Assembly: GCA_045110695.1 (NCBI GenBank)
Contig: JBGCGH010000043.1
Location: 12,755 to 76,754 of the forward strand
Direction: 5' to 3'
From: Bdellovibrionales bacterium
Lineage (GTDB): Bacteria > Bdellovibrionota > Bdellovibrionia > Bdellovibrionales > UBA840
DNA: 64,000 nt
A model generated the notes under the pieces. It did no database searches. It had not been told where the DNA came from and was given only the letters and a program-made list of their open reading frames with translations. Positions 1 through 10,398 of the stretch are shown piece by piece. Position 1 is the first letter of the stretch, and each line of letters starts with the position of its first letter. The translations under genes were made by a program, and so were the position numbers.

Positions 1-743
1 ATCAGTGGCCCAAAGAATAGGTACAAGACTGCAGCGAAGGCTAGATACGGACCAAAGGGAATGCTCGACTTTAGTCCGTCCCTTGAACTAATAGCGGAGA
101 TAAGCCCCGCGAAAGCTCCTATTACGCTGGCCACAAATATAACAAAAAGAATGGATTGAATTCCAAGATAAGCCCCTATCCAAGCAAGAAGCTTTATGTC
201 TCCCCCGCCCATTCCCTCTATTTTTCTTATAAGGAGGTAAAAATAGGCAATGGCAAATAAGAATCCACCACCCACCAAAAAACCCCAAAGTGCTGAATCA
301 AAATCCCTCATCGGGTTTAAATAGGCACCCAACAAGCCTAACACGATTCCAGACAAACTAAAAACATCAGGAATAATTCTATGATCGATATCAATAAAAC
401 TAACTACTAGTAAACCAAAACCAAAAAACAAGAACTCTAAACTTAGCCAAGTAATTCCAAACTTATAGACGATAGCGGTAAATAAAATTGCCATCAATAG
501 CTCAAAAACTAGAGTTCTCCAGCCGTAAAAGGAACCGCAACTACGACACTTAGCTTTTAAAAGAATTGCGCTTATTATCGGAATATTATCGTACCACTTT
601 AATTTCTTATCACAATTCATACAGTGGCTTGCTGGTTTAACGATACTTTTTCCCTGTGGCAAACGGTCAACGATCAGATTGCCGAAGCTTCCAAAGCAGG
701 CACCAACTATAAAAACCCAGATATCTACAACGAAACTAGGCAC
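1..743 (-). CDS. pilD: Type IV prepilin leader peptidase/N-methyltransferase (peptidase A24); 3' end runs off the window start
   Basis: Not in the ORF track because there is no stop inside the window. My minus-strand translation reads ...WVFIVGACFGSFGNLIVDRLPQGKSIVKPASHCMNCDKKLKWYDNIPIISAILLKAKCRSCG...VSFIDIDHRIIPD...IEGMGGGDIKLLAWIG...IPFGPYLAFAAVLYLFFGPL. It has the CxxC...CxxC box and the two Asp motifs typical of PilD. Start provisionally GTG at 743. Confidence 0.8.
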   Translation of the reverse strand, partial: MPSFVVDIWVFIVGACFGSFGNLIVDRLPQGKSIVKPASHCMNCDKKLKWYDNIPIISAILLKAKCRSCGSFYGWRTLVFELLMAILFTAIVYKFGITWLSLEFLFFGFGLLVVSFIDIDHRIIPDVFSLSGIVLGLLGAYLNPMRDFDSALWGFLVGGGFLFAIAYFYLLIRKIEGMGGGDIKLLAWIGAYLGIQSILFVIFVASVIGAFAGLISAISSRDGLKSSIPFGPYLAFAAVLYLFFGPL

Positions 744-1503
744 AATCTTTCCTACGAAAGAAAAAGACCGTTAAACAAATAAAAAGTCCTGTCCAGGCCA
801 ATGCACTCATAGCAGAAGAGCCTACTATTTCAAAAGACGGCAAATCCTTAGATACAGCAACAGATTTCCAGTTCCAACGCTCTAGATTTGGAAAGATATA
901 ATTTAGAGCCTCTGCCGTCCCTCGAAATAGCCGTGAGCCGGAAGATTGAGCAAAGTAATTTAGACTATCCAACCAATGACCAATGATAAAACACCCCATA
1001 ACGAGTGTAATACTTAAGAACGGTTTGGAATAAATTCCAAACATCATTGTTAATGAAGTTAAAACTATAGCTTCCAATAGCATCCCCAAAACCCCAAGAG
1101 AGAAAGCTAAGTCCACAGGAATCGCCATTGCGGTCAAAACAGCTACCAAAACCAAAGCTAGCCCCAAAATAAGTACAAGTTCGACTAACACGAATCCAAA
1201 AAACTTACCTAATATGAATTCACCACGAGAAATAGGCCTAACAAGTAAGGTCAAAATGGTTTGCTTCTCCAGTTCCTTTGAAACAAGTGTACTTCCAACA
1301 AAAATAGAAAGCACAATAACCGAAAGATGCATTCCTGCTAAACCAAAGTCGATTACAATTCGCTCTTGCTCGGCAAAGCTGAGACCAGCCATCGCGCGAC
1401 TCAGACCTATAATCAAAATAGCAAATAAAACAAGACCATAGAGAATTCTGTCTCTAATAATTTCTTTGAACGTGTTTACAGATATGGTTAGAACTTTTCC
1501 CAT
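736..1503 (-). CDS. ABC-2 type transporter permease
   Basis: 255-aa polytopic hydrophobic ORF (e.g. ILYGLVLFAILIIGL, FGFVLVELVLILGLALVLVAVL). Its start overlaps the stop of the upstream ABC ATPase gene at 1503. Confidence 0.7.
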   Translation of the reverse strand: MGKVLTISVNTFKEIIRDRILYGLVLFAILIIGLSRAMAGLSFAEQERIVIDFGLAGMHLSVIVLSIFVGSTLVSKELEKQTILTLLVRPISRGEFILGKFFGFVLVELVLILGLALVLVAVLTAMAIPVDLAFSLGVLGMLLEAIVLTSLTMMFGIYSKPFLSITLVMGCFIIGHWLDSLNYFAQSSGSRLFRGTAEALNYIFPNLERWNWKSVAVSKDLPSFEIVGSSAMSALAWTGLFICLTVFFFRRKDCA

Positions 1504-2366
1504 TATTTATTCAACTCCACGAACACATCTTCTAAGCGCGTACGTTTTAAAGTGATTTCATGAATTGCTTTTCCGTCTAACCTCAGCTGATCAATACAAG
1601 ACTGTAACTCATGGTCCTTTACCGTGAGACTTTCAACCGTCGAATCTTGCTTATAAAAGGAAATCTCATGCTCTATATCCATTCCAGTAAGAAGTTTTTT
1701 CAACTCACCTTCAAAAACACAGTCCCCTTTACGTAAAATCACAAGATTTTCACTAAGCTTTTCAACATCATCAAGTAAGTGAGAACTGAAAAACACTGTT
1801 CTTCCCTCAGCGCCAACCTCTCTTATAATTTCTGCGACCTCAAAGCGGCCATCTGGATCTAATCCAGTCATTGGCTCATCCAACACAACGAGTTGAGGAT
1901 CATGGATTAGACATTGAGCTATACCGATTCTCTGCAACATCCCTTTGGAATAAGCCCTTAGCTTTTTCTCTTTGGCATGAATTAAGCCGACTCTTGTCAA
2001 AACTCTATCAATTCGCTGATTTAAATCCGTTTTTTTGATCTGCCCAGACAGAGCAGAATAAAACTCAAGAAACTCTCTTCCATCTAGATACTCATAAAAA
2101 AATGGACGCTCCGGCAAAAAACCTATATTGGTTCGCACTGAATTGTCTAATGGCCTACCATCAAACAATATCTCTCCGGAATCTGGTATTAAAAGACCTA
2201 AAATAGATTTAATACTAGTGGATTTACCAGCACCATTAGCTCCCAAGAAACCGGTGATTTTCCCAGCCTCCACATTGAAACTTAAATCATCAATGGCCGG
2301 GATTTTCTTTAACCAAAACTCCGAACGAAAACTCTTCTTAAGATTTTTTACCTGGATTCCACTCAT
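1503..2366 (-). CDS. ABC transporter ATP-binding protein
   Basis: Walker A GANGAGKST, ABC signature YSKGMLQRIGIAQ, Walker B LVVLDEPMTGLD. Coupled to the permease gene. Confidence 0.9.
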   Translation of the reverse strand: MSGIQVKNLKKSFRSEFWLKKIPAIDDLSFNVEAGKITGFLGANGAGKSTSIKSILGLLIPDSGEILFDGRPLDNSVRTNIGFLPERPFFYEYLDGREFLEFYSALSGQIKKTDLNQRIDRVLTRVGLIHAKEKKLRAYSKGMLQRIGIAQCLIHDPQLVVLDEPMTGLDPDGRFEVAEIIREVGAEGRTVFFSSHLLDDVEKLSENLVILRKGDCVFEGELKKLLTGMDIEHEISFYKQDSTVESLTVKDHELQSCIDQLRLDGKAIHEITLKRTRLEDVFVELNK

Positions 2367-2369
2367 CGA

Positions 2370-3011
2370 TTATATCTTCATCTTTGGGTCATTAGTGTAT
2401 ATAAATTCCATTCTTATATGCTTATATTGCTCCAACTTGTACCGCATTTTCAGCAATCGTAACATCAAAGCTTCGTGGTGAGAATTGTCCAAGTGTCTAA
2501 TTTTCTTAACTTCCTTTAAAATAAACTTCTTTGCACCCGGTGGGTGAAAACAGAAACCTCGCGCGAAAACAAAGCTCCCTTCAAAGGGTATAATTCTAGC
2601 ATCAAATATTTCGTCTGGGTTAAAACCGATTGAAATCTCGGAGTCCTCAAGAATCACTTTCTTCTTCGTAAAAAGATCTCTAACATAGACATCATTTCCT
2701 TTTGTTTTTAAAAATTCAAAAAGACTGTGTTTAGTTTGCGAAAGCTTCTCAAGTTCATTTACCTGTAAATCGTCTGAGAACTCATTGGACTCCAGTGCAT
2801 AGCGGATTGGAGATAGATTATGACTTAAGAGTTCCCGGGAAAAAATATACCAATCTAAAAATTGAGCCATCCTCGGTTCAAATTGATGGTTTTCTTCGTC
2901 GACAATACCAGCCATCTCAAAAAACTCTCTTTTAGCATGCTGAAGCTCTTCAGTGAATTTTTCACTGGTGAAGCACTTCAGAACTTTTTCCGTAACCACA
3001 TCCACGTTCAT
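2370..3011 (-). CDS. Hypothetical cytoplasmic protein
   Basis: 213-aa ORF packed 3 nt upstream of the ABC ATPase gene on the same strand. No motif I can name. Confidence 0.5.
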   Translation of the reverse strand: MNVDVVTEKVLKCFTSEKFTEELQHAKREFFEMAGIVDEENHQFEPRMAQFLDWYIFSRELLSHNLSPIRYALESNEFSDDLQVNELEKLSQTKHSLFEFLKTKGNDVYVRDLFTKKKVILEDSEISIGFNPDEIFDARIIPFEGSFVFARGFCFHPPGAKKFILKEVKKIRHLDNSHHEALMLRLLKMRYKLEQYKHIRMEFIYTNDPKMKI

Positions 3012-3069
3012 ACTAAAATTATCCGTAATTTTTATAAAAAGGTAAAGAACAGGCTTTGCAAACGCCTAT

Positions 3070-3765
3070 TTAGCGAGCGTTTGACTCATCTAAATCGACC
3101 CAAAGCCTATCAAATCTTATTTTTGAACTTTGACTACCTGACCACTGAAAACTGAGTACAACCTTATTTACTTTTGCTACGATATTTTCCACCGGAACAG
3201 GTCCCCAATCCCGTGAATCATCTGAAGAATCTCTGTTGTCACCAACCACAAATATTTCCCCAGGCCCAACACTAAATTCTTTATCTACCAAATCTAGAGA
3301 TTCATTTTTTCTCAGTAAAATCCCGTAGGAGTTAGCGCCTACAGACTCAATAAATGACTCATAGTAGTTGGAACCAACAAAGTCGAAATTATTTTCACCA
3401 GATTTCCGCCCCAGTATTTCGCCATTTACAGTAATCCCCTGCTCATTAAGAATAATTTTATCTCCACCAAGCCCAAGTATTCGCTTAACATAAAAAACCG
3501 AGGTCTTTGGGTGTCTGAAAATCACAACATCCCCTCTTTTTAAATCAGAGAAAACCCCAGGTAGTACAGAGGAAATTGTTTTGGAAAAAAATTGATAAGG
3601 TAGTTTGTAACCCAGAATGATGTCTCCAACATATAGGTTTGGCAGCATGGAACTTGTTGGAACCTTATATAGTGAAACAGCAAACACCCTGAAAAACATG
3701 GCGAGACTCAAAGCTATGCCGAAGCTAATTATGCTCGCTCTGTGTTTTTTTAAGAATGGGCTCAT
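3070..3765 (-). CDS. lepB: Signal peptidase I (S26)
   Basis: N-terminal TM helix plus the S26 boxes: PTSSMLPNL (Ser), RGDVVIF, FYVKRILGLGGDKI (Lys), GDNRDSSDDSRDWGPV. Lies downstream of lepA as in many bacteria. Confidence 0.85.
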   Translation of the reverse strand: MSPFLKKHRASIISFGIALSLAMFFRVFAVSLYKVPTSSMLPNLYVGDIILGYKLPYQFFSKTISSVLPGVFSDLKRGDVVIFRHPKTSVFYVKRILGLGGDKIILNEQGITVNGEILGRKSGENNFDFVGSNYYESFIESVGANSYGILLRKNESLDLVDKEFSVGPGEIFVVGDNRDSSDDSRDWGPVPVENIVAKVNKVVLSFQWSGSQSSKIRFDRLWVDLDESNAR

Positions 3766-4471
3766 AAGAGTCTACCTTTTTTGGAAAACGCCACCAGTCT
3801 ATTGTAAACGGATCACAAAAAGATGCAATACTCGCTAGGCTCTTTTTACAACTAAACCAAATCATATCTACTCTTCCAACTAGGCTCTCCAAATCAACTA
3901 GGCCGATTTTTCTTGTATCATTAGCAATCTCTCTGTAATCCCCAAGAACAAAAAGTTTTCCTTCAGGAATTTGGACGGTATCAGAATTATACAAACTTAG
4001 CTCGGTCTGATTCAACGTATGAAACTCAACAGAATCATAAAAATCCACCTTTGTATGATATCTCTCTAAACCTTTAGGAAAATCCTTAGCCTTTAGCCCT
4101 TTAATATCTTTGGCCGAAGCAATACCCGGCCTACTGGCTAAAATATTTTCTAGGGCGAGATAAGTATTTTCAAAACGAACCTCCTGCCCTGGCAAACCTA
4201 CTATCCTAGATATCATCATTTGGTCGCTATTTTCTGGATGCTCAAATACCACAATATCTCCCCACTCAGGAAGATTTCTAGCTCCTATCTTGCCAAGAAA
4301 CGGCAACTGAAGCCCATAGGAGAATTTATTTACAAAAACATAGTCCCCAGGGAATAAAGTAGGCAACATATGTGAGGTGGGAATACGGTAAGACTCATAA
4401 AAACTAACTCTTAAAAAGTAAGCCATATAAATTAAGATTATAAATAGAAAAAAACCTTTTAACTTCTGCAT
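3725..4471 (-). CDS. Signal peptidase I-like paralog; box D Lys replaced by Ser
   Basis: TM helix, PTSHMLPTLFPGDYVFVNKFSYG (Ser box), WGDIVVF. Box D reads MMISRIVGLPGQEV instead of (Y/F)xKRxxGxPGD, and box E is degenerate (GDYREIANDTRKIG). Overlaps the next lepB by 41 nt. Confidence 0.7.
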   Translation of the reverse strand: MQKLKGFFLFIILIYMAYFLRVSFYESYRIPTSHMLPTLFPGDYVFVNKFSYGLQLPFLGKIGARNLPEWGDIVVFEHPENSDQMMISRIVGLPGQEVRFENTYLALENILASRPGIASAKDIKGLKAKDFPKGLERYHTKVDFYDSVEFHTLNQTELSLYNSDTVQIPEGKLFVLGDYREIANDTRKIGLVDLESLVGRVDMIWFSCKKSLASIASFCDPFTIDWWRFPKKVDSYEPILKKTQSEHN

Positions 4472-4482
4472 CTAGCAATAGT

Positions 4483-6282
4483 CTAATCATCAACCTTCAA
4501 TATCGCAAGGAAAGCCTTTTGGGGAACCTCGACCGTACCGATCTGCTTCATTCTCTTTTTACCTTCTTTTTGCTTCTCAAGAAGCTTTCTTTTTCGAGAG
4601 ATATCTCCACCATAGCACTTGGCGGTTACATCTTTTCGTAAAGCTGAGATCGTTTCTCTGGCAATAATTTTTGCCCCGATAGCTGCCTGTAGAGCAATTT
4701 TAAATTGCTGTTTAGGAATAAGCTCTTTCATTTTTTTAGTAAGCTCTCGGCCTCGGTAATAGGATTTACTCTCATGCACCATTAACGCCAGTGCGTCCAC
4801 TGCATCGCCATTAATTAGAATATCTAGCTTTACCATATCGGATTCTTGGTAATCCAAAAACTCATAATCCATCGAAGCATATCCCTTAGAAATGGATTTT
4901 AGTTTATCATAAAAATCTAAAACCATCTCAGCCATGGGAAGCTCATATTCTATCATCACTTTCGTTTCTGTTATGTACTCTAGTTTTATTTGACGCCCAC
5001 GCTTGTTTTCACAAAGCTTGAAAATTCCACCTATATACTCTTTTGGTGTATGAATTGTGGCCTTAATATATGGCTCTTCTATTTTTTCAATCACTGATCG
5101 ATCAGGCAAAGCCGTAGGATTCTCAATTTCATTCATCTCGCCGTCTGAGGTATGAACTTTGTAAACAACACTAGGGGCCGTTGTAATTAAATCTAGATCG
5201 AACTCCCTCTCCAGACGCTCTTGAATAATCTCCATATGGAGAAGGCCTAAAAAACCACATCGAAGTCCAAAGCCAAGAGCTGCTGAGGATTCAATTTCAT
5301 AGGTTAGTGAAGAGTCATTTAGACATAGCTTTTCAATGGAGTCTTTTAACTTTTCATAATCAGAAGCATCTATGGGAAAAATACCGGAAAAAACCATCGG
5401 CTGAACATCTTTAAACCCTGCTAGGGACTCTTCAGCTGGTCGCTTGGTGTGAGTAATTGTATCACCCACTTTTACATCCCGAATATCTTTCATTCCACAG
5501 ATCACAAAGCCCACTTCACCGGGACAAAGCTGATCCACCTCTTTTGGAAATGGCTGATAGACTCCAAGTTTTAAAACATCGTAATCTGAATCGTTGGACA
5601 TAAAACGAATTTTATCTCCCTTTGCAATCGTACCTTCAGCAACTCGAATAAGAATAACAACACCTTGATAGGAGTCGAACCATGAATCGAATATCAATGC
5701 CTGAAGAACAGACCCCTTGTCACCTACCGGAGGAGGGATGTTTTTTATTACCGCCTCCAAAATCTCTTGCAAACCTATGCCCTCTTTGGCACTTGCTAAA
5801 ACAGCCTCTGAGGTATCCAAGCCAATTACTTCCTCAATTTGAGTTTTTACCATTTCAGGTTCTGCTGCTGGAAGGTCAATTTTATTTAGAACAGGAACCA
5901 GTTCTAGATCATTTTCTATTGCTAGGTATACGTTTGCCAAAGTTTGAGCCTCAACGCCCTGGGCCGCATCAACAACAAGGAGCGCACCCTCGCAAGCGGC
6001 CAAGGATCTTGATACTTCGTAGTTAAAATCCACATGGCCTGGAGTATCGATTAGGTTTAAGACGTAATCATTTCCATCTTTAGCTTTGTAATCTAAACGC
6101 ACAGTTTGGGCTTTAATGGTAATTCCACGTTCACGCTCGAGCTCCATATTATCTAGAAACTGCTCCTTAGCGTCCCTATCAGACAAAGTTCCTGTATATT
6201 TTAGAAGTCCATCGGCAATAGTGGATTTACCGTGATCAATATGGGCTATAATTGAAAAATTACGTATGAACTTGTTATCCAT
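4483..6282 (-). CDS. lepA: Translation elongation factor 4 (LepA)
   Basis: 599 aa. GTPase motifs [22 protein letters not shown]. Characteristic LepA C-terminus ...[17 protein letters not shown]. Confidence 0.97.
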   Translation of the reverse strand: MDNKFIRNFSIIAHIDHGKSTIADGLLKYTGTLSDRDAKEQFLDNMELERERGITIKAQTVRLDYKAKDGNDYVLNLIDTPGHVDFNYEVSRSLAACEGALLVVDAAQGVEAQTLANVYLAIENDLELVPVLNKIDLPAAEPEMVKTQIEEVIGLDTSEAVLASAKEGIGLQEILEAVIKNIPPPVGDKGSVLQALIFDSWFDSYQGVVILIRVAEGTIAKGDKIRFMSNDSDYDVLKLGVYQPFPKEVDQLCPGEVGFVICGMKDIRDVKVGDTITHTKRPAEESLAGFKDVQPMVFSGIFPIDASDYEKLKDSIEKLCLNDSSLTYEIESSAALGFGLRCGFLGLLHMEIIQERLEREFDLDLITTAPSVVYKVHTSDGEMNEIENPTALPDRSVIEKIEEPYIKATIHTPKEYIGGIFKLCENKRGRQIKLEYITETKVMIEYELPMAEMVLDFYDKLKSISKGYASMDYEFLDYQESDMVKLDILINGDAVDALALMVHESKSYYRGRELTKKMKELIPKQQFKIALQAAIGAKIIARETISALRKDVTAKCYGGDISRKRKLLEKQKEGKKRMKQIGTVEVPQKAFLAILKVDD

Positions 6283-6352
6283 TTCATTCCTAGGAAAGAT
6301 CTTACTTCTTTTTTAACAAATCGTTGGAAATACAGCAATTTAAAAGGCAGGC

Positions 6353-6385
6353 ATTAAAAAAGCCCAGGCGATGTGCCTGGGCTTT
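6353..6385 (-). terminator. Rho-independent terminator after metK
   Basis: GCCCAGGC (6362-6369) and GCCTGGGC (6375-6382) form an 8-bp GC stem. On the minus strand the stem is followed by a T-run (A-run 6355-6361 on plus). Confidence 0.7.
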
Positions 6386-6406
6386 AAACAAACATATTTC
6401 TAAATA

Positions 6407-7558
6407 TTAAAGGTTACTTTTAAGAGCATCTACTTTGTTTACCTGCTCCCAAGTAAACTCAGCACTTTCTCTACCGAAGTGACCATAAGCCGCCGTTTTA
6501 GCATATCTTGGCTTAAGTAGATCGTATTGCTCTACAATCGCAGCAGGGCGTAAATCCCAAGTCCTACCCACTGCAGCAGCAATTTTTGCATTTTCCACTG
6601 TCTCCGTTCCATAAGTATTCACCATGATACTTACTGGCTCAGCAACACCAATGGCGTAAGCTAACTGAACTAAACATTTATCCGCCAGTCCTGCGGCCAC
6701 AATGTTTTTGGCAACATGTCTTGAGGCATATGCAGCTGATCTATCAACCTTCGATGGATCTTTTCCAGAGAAAGCTCCACCACCGTGAGCTCCATGCCCA
6801 CCATAGGTATCCACGATAATCTTTCTTCCCGTCAGGCCGCAATCTGCTACAGGACCACCAAGAACAAATCTGCCCGTTGGGTTGATATAGTATTTCGTTT
6901 TATCATCTACCCAATCCGTTGGGAGGGTATGCTTTACACATTCTTCCATTACTGACTCTTTCAATTGAGCCATGGACACATCTTCAGAATGCTGAGTAGA
7001 CAACACTACTGCATCGATTCTTTTTGCTTTTCCGTCAACATACTCAATTGAAACCTGACTTTTTGAATCAGGTCTTAAGAAATCTAGAGTTCCGTCTTTC
7101 CTTTTTCCTGCCAAATTTTGAACCAGCTTATGAGAAAGAGAAATGGAAAGAGGCATTAACTCTGGGGATTCATTTACTGCGTAACCAAACATAATTCCTT
7201 GGTCACCAGCTCCCTGCTCTTTACTACTATCGCTATCCACTCCCATCGCGATATCCGGAGACTGCCTATCAATAGAGGTTAATACTGCACAAGTTTGATA
7301 ATCAAAACCTTTATCGGAATGATCATAGCCAATATTTTTGATCGTGTTTCTTACGATTTCTGGCATATCAACATAACAAGTTGTTGAAATTTCCCCGGCG
7401 ATAACTGCCATTCCAGTAGTGATCATTGTTTCACATGCCACTCTTCCTTTTGGATCCTGCTCGAGGATTGCATCTAGGATGGAATCACTGATTTGGTCAG
7501 CCATTTTATCTGGGTGGCCCTCAGAAACGGACTCACTTGTGAATATATAGTTTTGCAT
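6407..7558 (-). CDS. metK: S-adenosylmethionine synthase
   Basis: 383 aa. Motifs [46 protein letters not shown]. Confidence 0.97.
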   Translation of the reverse strand: MQNYIFTSESVSEGHPDKMADQISDSILDAILEQDPKGRVACETMITTGMAVIAGEISTTCYVDMPEIVRNTIKNIGYDHSDKGFDYQTCAVLTSIDRQSPDIAMGVDSDSSKEQGAGDQGIMFGYAVNESPELMPLSISLSHKLVQNLAGKRKDGTLDFLRPDSKSQVSIEYVDGKAKRIDAVVLSTQHSEDVSMAQLKESVMEECVKHTLPTDWVDDKTKYYINPTGRFVLGGPVADCGLTGRKIIVDTYGGHGAHGGGAFSGKDPSKVDRSAAYASRHVAKNIVAAGLADKCLVQLAYAIGVAEPVSIMVNTYGTETVENAKIAAAVGRTWDLRPAAIVEQYDLLKPRYAKTAAYGHFGRESAEFTWEQVNKVDALKSNL

Positions 7559-7659
7559 TTAAAAAGCCTCCGTAGGTTGTTCAAGACGGATCAACCTAAC
7601 AGAGGCAAAAATTAGCGTCAAATAAAATGAATTAACACTCTCAGAGTGCTAATGAGGGT

Positions 7660-8049
7660 TTATGCAGCCGACTTTCTCTGCACCCCAGTGAGCTTAGAAT
7701 AATCCATCTCAAGCTTATCATTTAAGCACTCTAAAGTATGTACCCCAGTATGCTCTTTTTGCTTATGATTTTGAACTCTGCCCTTGGTTTTCTTTAGTTG
7801 CTTTGCAATCTTCAATACAGACTGATCAATGGCTTGAAACATATTATGTCCATAGCCCTTGGCAACATAAAGATGGTCCTTACATTGAATTCTCAGCTCC
7901 GCTAAATTCTCTCTACCCTGCATACCAATAACGAATTCCGTTGATATGGGTTTTAGTTTAAATTTATCGAGTTTTTCCAATTTGGTAATCGCGTATTCGC
8001 GGCTAGCTTCTGAGTTTTTCACGTGCTTAAAGACAATCTTTAGTTTCAT
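7660..8049 (-). CDS. hpf: Ribosome hibernation promoting factor / sigma-54 modulation protein family
   Basis: 129 aa, MKLKIVFKHV...S.A.REYA..KL.KL.KF pattern. Lies immediately downstream of rpoN, the conserved position. Confidence 0.8.
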   Translation of the reverse strand: MKLKIVFKHVKNSEASREYAITKLEKLDKFKLKPISTEFVIGMQGRENLAELRIQCKDHLYVAKGYGHNMFQAIDQSVLKIAKQLKKTKGRVQNHKQKEHTGVHTLECLNDKLEMDYSKLTGVQRKSAA

Positions 8050-8202
8050 TCATACCTCCTGAAATCTGCCTTTCTGATCGGACAAAAGTCTAGGAAACAT
8101 AATAGGAATCTAGGCACTGAATCAATTTGATACAAATATAAATAGGCTCAATTTTAGCTGAAACCCGCGCCTAAAGCTAAAACAAAGAAGGCCGCGGAAC
8201 TA

Positions 8203-9663
8203 CTAGAAGTATTTTTTACGTTTACTGGAAGGCAGGATGCCAAGAGCGTCCCGGTATTTAGCAACGGTACGTCGGGCAATTTTAATCCCATCCTTTTTAA
8301 GAAGATCGACAATCTTTTGGTCACTCAATGGAGCTTTTGGATCCTCTTCAGCTACCAAATTCTTCAACTTCACTTTCACTGACTCAGAAGCCAGGGAATC
8401 TCCGTCTGTTTTTGCAATACCTGAATTAAAAAAGTGTTTTAACTCAAAGATTCCTCGCGGTGTATGCATGTATTTATTGGTGGTTACACGGCTGACAGTA
8501 GATTCATGCATTCCAATATCATTGGCTATGTCTCGTAGGATCATAGGCTTGATATGTTGAGGACCTTTATCGAAAAAGTCTCTTTGGTGCTTCACAATAC
8601 TTTCAGCAACCTTATATATAGTCCGTTGACGCTGATGAATGGACTTAATCAACCAAACGGCAGACTTCAATTTATCTTGAATATAGTCTGTTGTGTCCTT
8701 GGACTTTGTCTCGCTATCTTTTGGCTTTGCCTTATCTTCCTTCAAAACATTTTTATAAAAATTGGAAATTTTTAACCTTGGTAATCCGTCTTCATTCAAG
8801 GAAACCACATACTCGTCACCCACAGGATATACATATACGTCAGGGGTTACATAGTGGGTTTCGTTATTTACGAAGCCCCTTCCTGGCTTAGGCTCCATAG
8901 AGTATATGATCTTTGAAATATCTATGACTTCTTCCATTGAGATTTCCATCTCTTTTGCGATCGCTGGATAGTTTTTCTTTTCTAGATTGGGAAGGTGTTT
9001 GTCTATAATTTCAACCAAGTGATGAGTATCTTCTTCCAAGTGTTTAGCCTGGATCAGTAAACACTCTTTTAGGTCTCTGGAGCAAACTCCAGGGGGATCA
9101 AACTCCTGTAGAAATGGCAGAAGCTCTTCTAGATCTTGAACAGAAACCCCTTCGTCCTCTGAGATTTGCTCAAATGGTGTTTTTATATAACCATCGTCAT
9201 CAATATAACCGATCAGGATTGCTCCTTGATCTTTCTCTTCGTCGTTAAAGCCAGAAAGATTCAACTGCCACATTAAATGATCATAAAGTGTCTGCTGAGA
9301 TGAAAATATATTTTCGTAGTTGGCAATTTCATCATTAGAACCCGCCGCCATATTTTGCAACTTACCTAAATTATTATTATCTTCAAAGTAGCTCTCCCAC
9401 TCAAACTCATCTTGCTTGACTGGATCTTGCATTTCAGATTTTTCTTCTTTTGAAACCTCTTGAAGTTTTTCTTTGTTTTCGAAGGACTCTTCCTCCATAA
9501 CTTCATGCACTTCCTCGAGAATGGGGTTCTCTTGCATCTCTTGTTGAACCATACTCTCTAGCTCTAAACGAGAAAGCTGCAACAACTTAATCGCCTGCTG
9601 CAACTGAGGTGTCATCCTCAAGCTCTGTGAGAGCTTCATTCCCATTTTCATTTTCATTGCCAT
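8203..9663 (-). CDS. rpoN: RNA polymerase sigma-54 factor
   Basis: 486 aa. N-terminal LSQSLRMTPQLQQAIKLLQLS region I, acidic linker, C-terminal HTH and RpoN box ARRTVAKYR. Confidence 0.95.
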   Translation of the reverse strand: MAMKMKMGMKLSQSLRMTPQLQQAIKLLQLSRLELESMVQQEMQENPILEEVHEVMEEESFENKEKLQEVSKEEKSEMQDPVKQDEFEWESYFEDNNNLGKLQNMAAGSNDEIANYENIFSSQQTLYDHLMWQLNLSGFNDEEKDQGAILIGYIDDDGYIKTPFEQISEDEGVSVQDLEELLPFLQEFDPPGVCSRDLKECLLIQAKHLEEDTHHLVEIIDKHLPNLEKKNYPAIAKEMEISMEEVIDISKIIYSMEPKPGRGFVNNETHYVTPDVYVYPVGDEYVVSLNEDGLPRLKISNFYKNVLKEDKAKPKDSETKSKDTTDYIQDKLKSAVWLIKSIHQRQRTIYKVAESIVKHQRDFFDKGPQHIKPMILRDIANDIGMHESTVSRVTTNKYMHTPRGIFELKHFFNSGIAKTDGDSLASESVKVKLKNLVAEEDPKAPLSDQKIVDLLKKDGIKIARRTVAKYRDALGILPSSKRKKYF

Positions 9664-9675
9664 AGACTTAGTCCT

Positions 9676-10398
9676 CTAAAGTTGGAAGTTCTCACCTAAA
9701 TAGAATTTTTTAGCAACCTCTGAGTTTGCAATTTCCTCAGCTGTTCCCACTACTTGGATCTCCCCCTCCTTAAGTATATACGCATGATCACAAATACCCA
9801 AGGTTTCCCGGACATTATGATCGGTAATTAGTATTCCTATACCTTTGTTGGTGAGGTGCCGGATAATTTCCTGAATATCACCCACTGCTATGGGATCTAT
9901 ACCAGCGAAAGGCTCATCTAGAAGTAAAAATTTAGGATCACAGGCCAAAGCACGGGCAATCTCCACTCTGCGGCGCTCACCACCGGAGAGCATATAGCCA
10001 AAAGACTGGGCCTTATTGGACATTCCAAATTCATTCAATAGTTGCTCTTTTTTTTCCTGCTTTTGGGCGCCTTCATAGCCCTGACTCTCGAGAGCTACCA
10101 AAATATTATCTTCAACAGTCATTTTTCTAAAAATGCTAGCTTCTTGAGGCAAGTAGCCAACGCCGTTGCGGGCACGCTGGTACATCGGCATATCAGTAAT
10201 ATCTTTTTCATCCAATGAAACACTACCAGTGTCTGGCTTCACCAAGCCAACAACCATATAAAAAGAAGTTGTTTTTCCGGCACCGTTGGGACCCAATAAG
10301 CCCACAACTTGACCAGAGGAGATTTCAAAACTCACCCCCTTAACCACTTTTTTGGCTTTAAAACTTTTCCGTATCTCTTTTACTGCAAGAGTACTCAT
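9676..10398 (-). CDS. lptB: LPS export ABC transporter ATP-binding protein
   Basis: 240 aa. [36 protein letters not shown]. Conserved position directly upstream of rpoN. Confidence 0.9.
   Translation of the reverse strand: MSTLAVKEIRKSFKAKKVVKGVSFEISSGQVVGLLGPNGAGKTTSFYMVVGLVKPDTGSVSLDEKDITDMPMYQRARNGVGYLPQEASIFRKMTVEDNILVALESQGYEGAQKQEKKEQLLNEFGMSNKAQSFGYMLSGGERRRVEIARALACDPKFLLLDEPFAGIDPIAVGDIQEIIRHLTNKGIGILITDHNVRETLGICDHAYILKEGEIQVVGTAEEIANSEVAKKFYLGENFQL

Noticed and set aside
88-288. 66-aa minus-strand ORF from the track
   Set aside because: It lies inside the pilD-like gene in a different frame. The PilD frame gives recognisable A24 motifs, whereas this one gives a low-complexity, Cys/Arg-rich sequence.
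1214-2481. Antisense or shadow ORFs inside well-supported genes (1214..1441, 2128..2481; likewise 2862..3155, 3617..3838, 5682..6026, 8237..8891, 10309..10707, 11718..11999, 13761..13955, 16506..16910, 18612..18887, 20457..20687, 21489..21692, 25096..25305, 26191..26379, 27721..27987, 28105..28530, 28656..28874, 29732..29995, 30745..30963, 31424..31660, 32304..32501, 35477..35919, 35969..36178, 39701..39913, 42667..42942, 43410..43595, 48520..48762, 49207..49401, 49794..50270, 50350..50772, 50805..51479, 53739..53921, 55837..56019, 56416..56737, 57783..58046, 59187..59456, 59754..59939, 62880..63101, 63077..63265, 63275..63511)
   Set aside because: Each is fully or largely contained within, or antisense to, a longer ORF with clear family motifs. 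Their sequences are low-complexity or Ser/Leu/Ile-rich with no motifs.
7559-7659. SAM riboswitch in the metK leader
   Set aside because: Only about 100 nt are available, including the promoter. I see a small hairpin (TAGGTTG/CAACCTA) next to the GGAGG RBS but cannot match SAM-I or SAM-II conserved cores by eye. A covariance-model scan would be needed.
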